DNA of 64,000 nt, from positions 1-64,000 of the forward strand of contig JAAPAO010000047.1 in the NCBI GenBank assembly GCA_013115145.1, written 5' to 3'. Position 1 is the stretch's first letter, and every line of letters begins with the position of its first letter. Below the pieces are notes generated by a model that searched no databases, was not told the DNA's origin, and worked only from the letters and a program-made list of their open reading frames with translations. Position numbers and translations under genes: made by a program. Positions 1 through 10,442 of this stretch are shown piece by piece. Source of the DNA: Perkinsus chesapeaki ATCC PRA-425. Lineage: Eukaryota; Protista; Perkinsozoa.

Positions 1-345
1 TGTATTCTTGTTATTCCCTTATACTTCTCTTAAGCCATGTATTCTTGTTATTCCCTTATACTTCTCTTAAGCCATGTATTCTTGTTATTCCCTTATACTT
101 CTCTTAAGCCATGTATTCTTGTTATTCCCTTATACTTCTCTTAAGCCATGTATTCTTGTTATTCCCTTATACTTCTCTTAAGCCATGTATTCTTGTTATT
201 CCCTTATACTTCTCTTAAGCCATGTATTCTTGTTATTCCCTTATACTTCTCTTAAGCCATGTATTCTTGTTATTCCCTTATACTTCTCTTAAGCCATGTA
301 TTCTTGTTATTCCCTTATACTTCTCTTAAGCCATGTATTCTTGTT
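1..345. repeat. 37-bp minisatellite, 9 perfect units plus a partial unit, probably truncated by the window start
   Basis: Unit TGTATTCTTGTTATTCCCTTATACTTCTCTTAAGCCA recurs at 1, 38, 75 ... 297 and 334 (partial). Confidence 0.98.
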
Positions 346-746
346 TTTCCGTATTAATGTGACCAATAGGTTATATTGACTGATATGTAGATTGCGTTTC
401 AACTCTCAAACACAACAATTAGGGATATATTACTCGTGCTACCGGTTCCCGACAAAATCCTACGCAGAATCACAATCAATCAGTACCAGACAAGATGACG
501 ATTACGGTGATACCAACGACGCCACCATATGGGCCTCCGTGTTAAAGGGGGCCGGAATGGTCACAATGGATAGGAACAAAACAGTAATAGGCAATCACCT
601 CAAACGTCATTGTCAAGCTCGCTTAATGGGCGAGGGAAAACGTAGGTCAGGTGGCTGCTACTGCCCAACAAAAGTAGCAGCAGCTGCTGCGCTTCTCTCA
701 TAAATATACAACTTCGGACTTCTAAGATCGCCGTTCAAGCAGGCGA

Positions 747-3700
747 CTAATTGAGGATTTCATGAAGGAAATCTCTCAAAGGAGCAAAATGTGATGTCTG
801 TGGGTTCGGCCATGACAATGATTTACAAACCATAAGCTGCTCGCTCAGCCATCTATTGCAGTACCAACCAGCCAGCTCACCCTGACAACACTCGACTACT
901 CGACAACTCTTAATAACTCTTACCTTGTTGAATGGTCCCTGTATATTGCCAACATCATCAATATAATACCTGCCAAATCCATACCTCTACCGAGATTGAG
1001 GGGCATCTTACCAAATAAGTCCAGCTTGCTGTTGTTGCTGAAACATAGCATTCTGTTGAGCAGCAGCTGCCGCGGCGGCTGCTGCTGCAGCTGCCTGATG
1101 CTGTTGCATGTGTGCATTTGCCGCAGCCATCTGCTGTTGCTGCTGCTGTTGCTGCTGCTGTTGCTGGTAATAATACCTAACCCACACTACTCCACCATCC
1201 CTACCATCACCCTTACTGTTGGTATTGTTGTTGTTGTTGCTGCTGGGCAGAGTGTTGCCTCTGCAACTGAGCAGTCTGCTGTTGTTGCTGCTGGTGCTGC
1301 TGTTGTTGTTGTTGCCACATCGCCTGGTTGGCTGCCGCAGCCGCATTCGCATATTGTTGCTGAGCCATTTGTTGAGGTGCCGCCGGCCTAGAAGGCACAA
1401 TTCAACCACCACTCCACAAATCACAAAGTCGAGCCCTCATATGGCAAACTCCCGTTCCCGAATACATGTACTGATAACACACTAATTCGGGTATGGGAAT
1501 TTGACATGATTCGGGGCTTCGAGTGTTGGGATGAACGCATGCACACAAGCATGTTGACGAGAAAGCGTGCGGAATCCAGTCAGTTACTAACGGCAACGAC
1601 CTGACTATACAATTCTCAAAAGCTTGCCAAAATTGAGTTTAGAGATCACTCCAGATTCCGAGAATTGTTATCCTTCCAAAAACCTTTCTCCCTCACTGCA
1701 CATACATCTGCTGCATAACCTGCGAGGAGCGTCTCATCTGTTCCGCCGCAACAGCCGCTGCTGCGGCCGCGTTCGCCCTCTGAACGTCTGGGGTCGCAAC
1801 CGGTGCTACAGTGTCCTCAGAGACGGTGGGAGATTCTAAAACATAGTTGACAACGACATGAACTTCGAAGATTCCTACCAGCGCGTGGACCTGCGCCGAG
1901 CTCAGGTCCGGCAGAGGCTCGATTGGGACTGAAAACAAAATCGTAGAGATCCGGAAAAGCGACCCCAGTTGCCACACATATACCGGACAATTCTGAGAAT
2001 AATTGCGGTGCAATAAAAGTGAAGGATCTGTCGGATTTTTGGTAGCGACTTCCCTTCCGGCAGCTCCAACAGCGGAACGATACTTCGAACTTCGTATTTT
2101 GGAGGGAGTATAAATATACAGAACATAGCAATGATGAAGATCCACGGTTGGACTTGGGCGGATGTGCCACCCTTACCTGGCAATAATACGAGCCACATCA
2201 TCCCGGCACGCGGTGATGTCACCATCCTTAGATTCGGCGTCGAGCAGTATATAATAGTTGAAGTCGTCGTCCTATTGAAAAACTAGAAAGTGCATCGCTC
2301 CGCCGTGCGCTTACGTCGTAAGGACTCTTTACGGCTCTAACAGACACGTGATGCTTATTGCTCATAAGTGACAGAGAGTCTTCTCCGAATGCCGATACTG
2401 ATACGAAGTTCTAGCGCGCCTGGAAATCAGCATAAGTCTTACCTGCTTCATCTGGTACGCCAATAACAGCGGATGTTTTACGGAAAGATTCCAACAGCCG
2501 CGATACCGCATCCTGAAGAATCGCCTATTATAATCACTCTCGAAGTATAAGAGGCAAGATATATCGACTTGATGGAGAGCACTGCGCCTACTGGACACCA
2601 ACCGTTACCTTCATGCGGCCAAGGAACTGCTCAGTTCCCCGCAGGTGCAAAGTTACAGTTCCATCAGCATCCTTAGTGAAGTCCACGCTGCCTGTGTTCG
2701 ACAAAGGACCGTTATCTCCTGAATAAGAAACCCTCGCAAGTTCGATCCCTGGTAGGTGCATTTTTACCGTCCTCAGGGCCTGGAATCGACCTGACATGCT
2801 TGAAGAGGGCCCTAGTGCCGTCCTCCACAGAGTTCGGACTGCAATTCACCACCACTGTCTCATACCTGATAATTATATAAAAATGCAACATGAAGGGATC
2901 GAACCACCGCACAAATGGGTGTTCTCACTCTCCAAGCAAATTACGATTCGAAAGGGCCATTCAATTTTGTGATCGTTATCATTCAGCCAACGCGGCGCTA
3001 AGCAGTCGGTAGGATACGCCTATCTCAGCAATTCATACACGAACAGCCACGTCCAATAAACCCATCACACACAATCATCCCAGCAGCAACATACTCCCCG
3101 CTCATTCCTGCCCTACACCTCCACGCAAGGACTGTTCTTCGATTCTGTCATGCCCGTGATGAATGTAGAGCGAAGTGAGCAGCCTTCACCCTACTCACTT
3201 TGCACTGTTATCCTCTGCTGCTGCTGGTGTGATATCAGCTAAACCAAAGGCGAATAGATGCTCCGTGGATAATGTAAGCTGAAAAAAGCAAGCAGATTGT
3301 AGACTGCACAGTGGAATAATGAAGCCAAATGTAGGCTGGATGAGTTGAGCCGTACGCGTGCACGTAGTTAGTATTTGGTAAATTGAGTATATTACGACAT
3401 AGCTCGAATAATAATAACAAATACACAACTTCGTATATTATATCCCTTCGCTGAATTAAATCAAGCTGAGGAGCATTCGCCAGTTGACCCTAAACTCCTC
3501 CTCTTTAATGATAGTCATTTCATACAATGGCGTGTGAGATTGCTGAACATTTTGGTGATAACTATGTCATTATGAAGAGCTTGTAACCTCCTTCTTTTTA
3601 ACTCCAAGAATACCCAAGGTTTTTCAACAAGAGCGCAACTGACCTCAGAAGTCTTGTTTTCCCTCTTAAACCTCTCCAATCTATCTATCCAATCTTGCTC

Positions 3701-6700
3701 CACTTCCAACACGCTGGCTTCCAGACCAGATAGTATCTTTACAATGACAATGATATTTACCACTCTAACTGAGCCAACCAACTCACCATGGTGGGACAGT
3801 TACCGGTTGCATCAGCTTCCTCCTCTTCAGTTGATGATTCTAGAGATGGACCGGCGCTACCTCGCCTGAAAGAAAATAAATGTCAGGAAGCCAAGCTACG
3901 AGAATGTCCAAATTGACGGATAAGGAGGAACAGTAAAGATAAGGGTCGTTATCCAAATATGGCACAAAATATACAAGGCAATGGAGTGCCTATTAGGCTT
4001 TGTCTAAAAGTGAAAAAATGATAAAACTACTTACTACGTATATAATATAATTGTATGCCACACCCATGCTTCACCTGCTGCCACTAACTCTTAGTAAATA
4101 AGTCTTATTGGACGACTTGCAGTAGTGAGATATACGGTTCAAAAATCGCCCCTATTTTTTCAGTCACTTTTATAATGTAAACTACTCCTTGCTATCGCCC
4201 CAGACCTACTTGATAACTATCTCCACACCTTTTTCTCTGGCGAAGTTACGGAACCTCTGCAAGCCTTGCCCGCCTCTACCCAGATTCAACAATTGCTTAG
4301 ACTGGTCTGACCGTAGCGAGATCGTGCACCTAGGAGGAAAAATGGAAATAAAATAGTCACACCGAAATTTCTGCGAAAAAGAAACAAATCTTAGCAAAAA
4401 GAAGGATGACACTTACACACACAAGTACACTAGACTAGAATTCACCGAAAATATCTTCAAAGATATTTTTGAGCTCAAGTTGCTTACCGGAAGTTATATT
4501 CTCTCCACTCATCCATCATATCATACATAACCTTCTTAGCTCCTTCAAACTCTCCCGGATAGCACTCAAAAATAAGCTGCAGTAAAATCGATCAAGTATC
4601 GCACTGTTAGATATTCTTACCTCCACATGGCCGCTAGATTCAGCGTCCTTAGTTGGGTCACCAGTATGCATCATTGCTGCTGCCTGCCTCCTTCCAGTAC
4701 CGAATCGACCGTCCTCCAGTTCAACCCGAAGCATGAAACCGGCGTCACGAAGTCTTCGACGATACCCAGTGAGACCGTACTAAAACGATACGGCAATGAT
4801 ACCGTGAGTCACCCGCCTGCAGGCTGATGTGAAGAAGTATACACCCTAATTCCCAATGCTAGTGGACGTCCAACGGATCCAGTTACTCATACTACTTAAT
4901 TCATGTCCCCGATCAACCGCCAATATTTTTGATCGGGTATGGAAGAACGAAGCCCGAAAACCCGAAAAGGTTTCACGGAATTATAACTGATGTGATGATC
5001 CCCTCTAGTACATTAGGTGCCTTATTAACACTGCCAAAGGTAGGATCTCTCTTAACCGTCCTTCTATCCCAGATACACTCAATAAGATCATCGGCATCAA
5101 CCTCTTCATCGAGACGCCATCTGAAAATAACAAAGGGGCACCAATAATAACTGTAATTAAGTGTATTGAATATAATATTAATATAACAAATGTCAATATT
5201 ATACAAACGTGAGTAGTTGTAGTAATATAAAATCTGAGTCACAGTCGTAATGGTATCATTTCTGCGATCCAGATTTCATTATGATAATACCAGAGAGTAA
5301 TCAAGTCTCATTTGATGCGGATGAAAGCAAACGGAGAAAGGGCAACAATAATACTAATATTACATAATGATAATGCAGCTGGGCAACAATAATGACTTAC
5401 ACTAGAGTAGATCTCTTCTGGGATTCCACGAACTTCATTACGGTCTCCTTGGCTGGAGCAATGCTAACAAAACAACACGTCACTGCCAATAATGCGAGTT
5501 CGATCCCGGCATGCTGCATAATTATATAATACCGAAACTCATACACCAATAATACTAAGATACCCCCCCAAATGCATCACTATTTCCCCACCACCCTAGC
5601 TCCATTACTCTCTTTTCCTTCCTATCATTCTTAGTGTGCCGTATTTAGCCTCACCACCATCTTCCTCCTCAGCATCGCTCGCTGGTGGTGATGGCTGGCG
5701 AGTTGAAGCATTAGAAGGGTTCTCAATGTAGAGGAAGCATCCGGTTTCAGCCTGATTCACTTTTCTTGCGCGCCACAATATCCAAGTTCGTACCCGCAGT
5801 TTGTCAATATTTTGCCCGCCTTTTCCGATTATCACACTAGCTTGATTCTTTGCGGTGAGTGGCATGCTCGAGTAACCTGGGAGAGGATCAATATTCAATG
5901 AACCCATATCAACCTCAAAGATATCTTTTAATTTTAACTTCCGAGATGTCTTTTTACATATATTTCTTTCCATTATAACCTCTGAAATATCTTTCACTTT
6001 TAATCTCAAACATCTGTCCATTCTAACCCCAAAAATATTTTCCAACCTCGAAAATATCTTTTACTTTCAACCTCTAGAATATTTTTTACTTTCAACCTCC
6101 AAAATATCTTCATTACCATTGAGTCTATCAGATATTGCCCTCTTAAGTTTATCAAATACGTTTCGCAACTTCGGATCAGACCTTCCGCCCGATACTTGCT
6201 TTTCTTCTCCACTCATATTAGCCAATTTCATCAGAACCTAGGATGCCATCTGCGTAGCGGAGCGAAGCGATTTTTGTTTTACCTGTTTCTCTTTGAACAT
6301 TACCACTAGCCTACAGCTAACCCAATTATATCTCTCCTCGATTTCCTTCTCAATGTATTTAGAAAAGAAAGTCATTGCTTGAAGTTGAACCAGATCAAGA
6401 TCCCTATAGTATCTTATCTGAAGAAAGTTCAAACTAAACATAACACTTGAACAGTTTCCGCGGGGCAGTTTTTCTGGATTCGACTCTCAGAGTTATACCT
6501 CGAAGCTCCTATAAGGTCAATTGCTTGTACGTAGTTTTTTTGGTAAGTGCATTTGGCAGATTAATATTTCGATTAAAAGAAATAAGAAATGTGTGTCTCC
6601 TTGGAAATAGCTTTCCCATACCATATTTGCCTTAAATCATCAATATAAGGGCCATCCAGTCGTGTTAGAGTATCCTATAGCAATTACGACCCCTCTATCA

Positions 6701-8339
6701 TTCAACACTCACCGCGGTTCGAACCCGCGCCCTGCATAGCCATATTACCTCCTCACAGACCTCATGCTTGAGCTCAGCATAACATTCAGAGACGCCCTTC
6801 TTGTTCCCTCGTATTTTAACCGTTAGGGGGGCTTCGTCACTACCGCTGGCCCCCTCGGTTTGAGAGGAGGACGCCAGCGCCTCAATTTCATCGACAAGGA
6901 CGCCAAATTGGTTTGCCAATCGACGGAAATTAGCACCATTACGACCTGGATTAAAATGGGGTATTCTAGCAATTATTTGAGGAAAAATCGGTATGACAGA
7001 ATAGAAGACTAATAAAGTGGAAGTAGGATATGTGTTTGCCCCTTCGAATCGAATATTTATAAAAGCAGTACTAATCTGCCTCGATCGTACAGATTTCATA
7101 GCGCTGCCCGCGTCTCCTGCACATCCTCGAACATATGCTGCTCTTTGTACTAAACATCAAGTGGCAATACTAGACGCGTGAATTACCGATGGAAACCGTG
7201 TGGAAACCCGGAAATTTCCTCAAGCAAAACCAAGATCAAAACCTGCCTATGAATCACGTTTCTACACACTATCCCTCTAGCCCTCCCTATTGCCTAATGT
7301 CCATGTAAAAACCGTAAAAGAATCCGCGCTTCGCTCCGCTAAGCCCTATCGAATTACCTCGAGATCGCTGAACTTTCTCAGCTGGGATAAGCAGTTTCAT
7401 CTCCTTATATTCCCCACGAGATAGCTTCAACGATGTACAGGTATCGCGACAATCCAACTACGAAAAATGATATTTCTTAGCGGAGCGATGCAACAACCAT
7501 TCTACCTCCAACTGGACGGCCCTCTTGGCAACCTCAAGGGCTCGGGTGCGGGCAACGCATTCGGCTGATCAGAGAAAAGTACGGTATAGAACTCAGCGCA
7601 CCATTTTACCTTTTTTCTTGCCCAACTTAGAGAATTCCAGCTGAAGATCCTTGAGCTTACTACCGATACTGGGGCCGATGGAGCGGCTAGCAGATCTGAT
7701 AGAAAAAGTGTAAAAACTTTATAGAGTCACTAAGCCTAATGCGAGGGTTTCCCGTAACATATCTCCCCAACTAGGATGTATAGAGATTTTATATTCCCAG
7801 CACCTCAACCTAACCATCCCATCACAGACACATCACAGAAATATGAGACGAAATAAACTCACGAAACAGGAGACAACGGAGCTGATATAAGATTTATTAT
7901 CAATTATAGTTCATTAAAGATTAATTATTAATGCATTATGGTGTACAAGATCTAAAAGAGCGAGTAGCAATATTCATACCATCACGCCGTCCTTGAAACG
8001 GTTCTCCAATACAAGTTCCGCCAAGTACCTCTTATTGCTCCCTTGTCCATTATTCCCCTTTGAAGCAGCTCGACTGGCATGTTCATGTTCCTTCTGTTGC
8101 GTCTTAGCTTCCGCAGCCAATTCCTTAATACTTCCCTCAAGCTTAACCATGCGAGCTTGAACCTAAGTATCGCTTCAGACGATCAAGACGGAGGTCGCCA
8201 ATCTGACCTGTTTAGTATCTTTCATCACCGTCTCCAAGGAGTTAACTGCACGCATTTTGAGCTCCGTCAGGTCCGGGTCTGTGAGCCCCGCCAGCAGGCT
8301 GCTGGCGCCTTGATCGTCGTTTTTACTCTCGAGCGACAT
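747..8339 (-). CDS. Multi-exon RNA-binding protein: N-terminal coiled coil, several KH-like repeats, Q/A-rich tract, C-terminal GYF domain
   Basis: ATG at 8339 (MSLESKNDDQG). Spliced exons give KH GxxG segments IIGKGGQNIDKL (~5800), GRNGANFRRLANQFGV (~6930) and LGRGGQGLQRFRNFAREKGVEIVIK (~4250), and polyQ/A exons at 1008-1400. The last exons splice to WYYIDDVGNIQGPFNKGELAGWYCNRWLSEQLMV...FAPLRDFLHEILN*, a GYF consensus, with TAG at 747-749. Not every exon was traced, so it could be two genes. Confidence 0.75.
2292..2303 (+). repeat. GCWTCGCTCCGC motif, partial copy
   Basis: GCATCGCTCCGC in the KH-gene region. Confidence 0.4.
2731..2755 (+). repeat. Intronic tRNA T-arm/B-box-like fragment, antisense to host
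   Basis: CCCTCGCAAGTTCGATCCCTGGTAG in the 49-nt intron 2719-2767. Confidence 0.6.
2895..2912 (-). repeat. Intronic tRNA T-arm/B-box-like fragment, sense
   Basis: GTGCGGTGGTTCGATCCC in intron ~2866-2928. Confidence 0.45.
5494..5518 (+). repeat. Intronic tRNA 3'-end-like fragment, antisense
   Basis: GCGAGTTCGATCCCGGCATGCTGCA in a KH-gene intron. Confidence 0.55.
5905..6115. repeat. Degenerate tandem repeat (unit roughly 25-30 bp) in an intron
   Basis: Recurring AAAATATCTTTTACTTTCAACCTC-like units; gives spurious KDIFEV-type ORFs. Confidence 0.6.
6255..6270 (-). repeat. GCWTCGCTCCGCTA intronic motif
   Basis: TCGCTTCGCTCCGCTA. Confidence 0.7.
6709..6735 (-). repeat. Intronic tRNA T-arm-like fragment, sense
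   Basis: GCAGGGCGCGGGTTCGAACCGCGGTGA in intron 6675-6748. Confidence 0.6.
7326..7343 (+). repeat. GCWTCGCTCCGCTA intronic motif
   Basis: GCGCTTCGCTCCGCTAAG. Confidence 0.75.
7472..7492 (-). repeat. GCWTCGCTCCGCTA intronic motif
   Basis: TGCATCGCTCCGCTAAGAAAT in the 48-nt intron 7458-7505. Confidence 0.8.
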
Positions 8340-8499
8340 TAATTTTTCCCTGAGAACGCCAAAATGAACCCATACCGACACTTCCGCCAACTCTCTATAA
8401 TTGCACCATAACTCAGTAGTACCGATACTACATAATAATCACTCTCTAAGATGTTCTACGACGGATTGATTGAGTCCGATATTGATTAATCAATCCTGC

Positions 8500-9267
8500 G
8501 TATGAATACTGCACCACCACCACGTCACCAAGTCACTCGACTTCGAAGTTGAGCTATAATACGATGCTTGTTTCTCCTATTAACAATCAACGCACACACA
8601 CCTCTTCGAAGTAAACTGTGAAACTTTACTGGAAAGAAGTTTATGCTCAATTTCGTAAAGCATGAACAATATTATCAATAAAACACCCACACTGATCCAG
8701 TCAGGCGATTTCAATGAAGAACCGAGAGACTCCTAAGCAGATATTAAAATGGCCGAGCTCCTACATACCTCTCTCTTGCCTATGTTATCCTATTGGAAGC
8801 TACTTACCACCACTATATCACATGCTCTAAGATTCATTCGAGGGTATAGTAAACCGAAATGACTAATATAACCACCAAAGGACCTCTACAAAGCAATTTA
8901 TTTCAATAGGACTTCGCAAAACGTCCTTCTTTATCAATACTCTTTCATTTGACACTTGGAAAGCATATACTTAATATTATACTTAATAGAGAACACATCA
9001 ATGTCTACAATCCAACAGAACAACGCGTACGTGGTTATATTTACAACATTAATAAACATACATTATCAAACTTCCCTCTCGAAATGCATATTAATTGTGT
9101 TCCCATTCCTCCCCTTATTACAGATTCTCTCCACTGACATCAGCTCCAGCCGCTTTCAACTGTTGCGCAGATATAGTGTCCGATCCCCAGGCACCTGCAG
9201 TCCATGGCCCTGGACGGTGGGGAGCTGTAGTAGTCCTCGAAGCCTGCTCAGCAGAACTAGGAGACAT
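8500..9267 (-). CDS. Possible small multi-exon hypothetical protein
   Basis: GC-richer segment opening MSPSSAEQASRTTTAPHRPGPWTAGAWGSDTISAQQLKAAGAD (ATG 9267), followed by short GT-AG-bounded segments. No recognisable domain. Confidence 0.3.
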
Positions 9268-9558
9268 TGGTGTCCGAAATATAACGTAGAACTGACCACA
9301 GAGGGATACTGTAATGTTTGATTAGTTGTGAGATGATCGGTATGGCTAGTTCGTGGTTTTAGGCAATCAATAAAGGTATGTGAATATACACAAGTTGGCT
9401 TAATTTTTAACCTGTCACTTTTGGATCAAAATGGACGAAATGCAACGCCCGGCTTATGCCATACCACAATAATACCTAAGAGCCGACAATCTGACCGGTC
9501 GTTGAGTTAACCTCTTGGGAATCTTTCATGGATCAACCGATAAAAGATATTTTTCAGT

Positions 9559-10224
9559 TTAATAAACCAACAAGTGCACAGTAATCACATTCCAAGTACT
9601 CGTTTCCAGTGATAAATATTCCCAGCAGGTCCATTCTACAATCTCACTTAACTTACTCTTAGCTTGCCGGATGAAAACCTGATCAGAATCAATACTTTTT
9701 AAGTGAATCTGAGAGGGATAAGGTTCTCGAATCAACCTAATTGGAAATTCCAATTTGGAATCTTCGCTCCACAACCACGTACAAGAAAATCGATTACTCG
9801 GGCGCGCGCATTGTAGATCAGCGCAGAGCCTGTTGTCGCTCGCCCTGCTATTCATTGTGGTAGCACTTACAGTGGTTGCGTACATGTGGACACAAAGATT
9901 CTTATTAGGTTGGGAATTGCGTATGTGTATTAAGGAAGCTGGAGCTCTATCCGTGAAATATATGCTTTCTTCGAAGGTCATGCTGAATTGTAAATTGTCG
10001 GTTATCCAACACTTGGTTTATCCTTACCGGATATAATTCTACTTGCAAACCGTCGATGAACGAATAAGCCGGCTCAACGATTTAATAACAGAGTAACTAT
10101 TAATAGATGATAATGAGCTGTAGAACGTATAGTATTCGGTCTGAAAGCTATCTTGGTTATAGTTTAAAAAAGCGTATATAACCTTGATGAGCTCACTTTT
10201 GCCCATTGTATTGTTACTTTTCAT
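9559..10224 (-). CDS. Possible hypothetical protein (spliced)
   Basis: ORFs of 61 aa (10039-10224) and 140 aa (9559-9981) separated by a plausible GTAAGG...TTCAG intron. No homology recognised. Confidence 0.3.
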
Positions 10225-10442
10225 CGAAAAGTTTTCAAATTTTCCTATATCATATTCTCACTCTTTATCCTTCATATTGCCATCATATCGACTGATCATC
10301 CTCAGTAGGTCGCGGTCAGTTAACCTCGCGGAAAATTGGAATCTTTCGTAAAAGTATCTTTTCACATTAAAATTAACATTGCATTACCTCCCACGACCAT
10401 CCAGCGTTCCTCTACATTCCCCCTCAGTAATTTGTTATTAAT

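Noticed and set aside
1-345. 37-bp repeat as a CRISPR array or telomere
   Set aside because: No spacers, eukaryotic context, and not a short G-rich telomeric unit.
955-975. Apparent frameshift in the GYF exon
   Set aside because: On re-reading, the splice TG|G TAT TAT ATT GAT is in frame.
996-1485. Plus-strand poly-Leu/Val ORFs resembling signal peptides
   Set aside because: Antisense shadow of CAG/CAA polyQ codons of the minus-strand KH-GYF gene.
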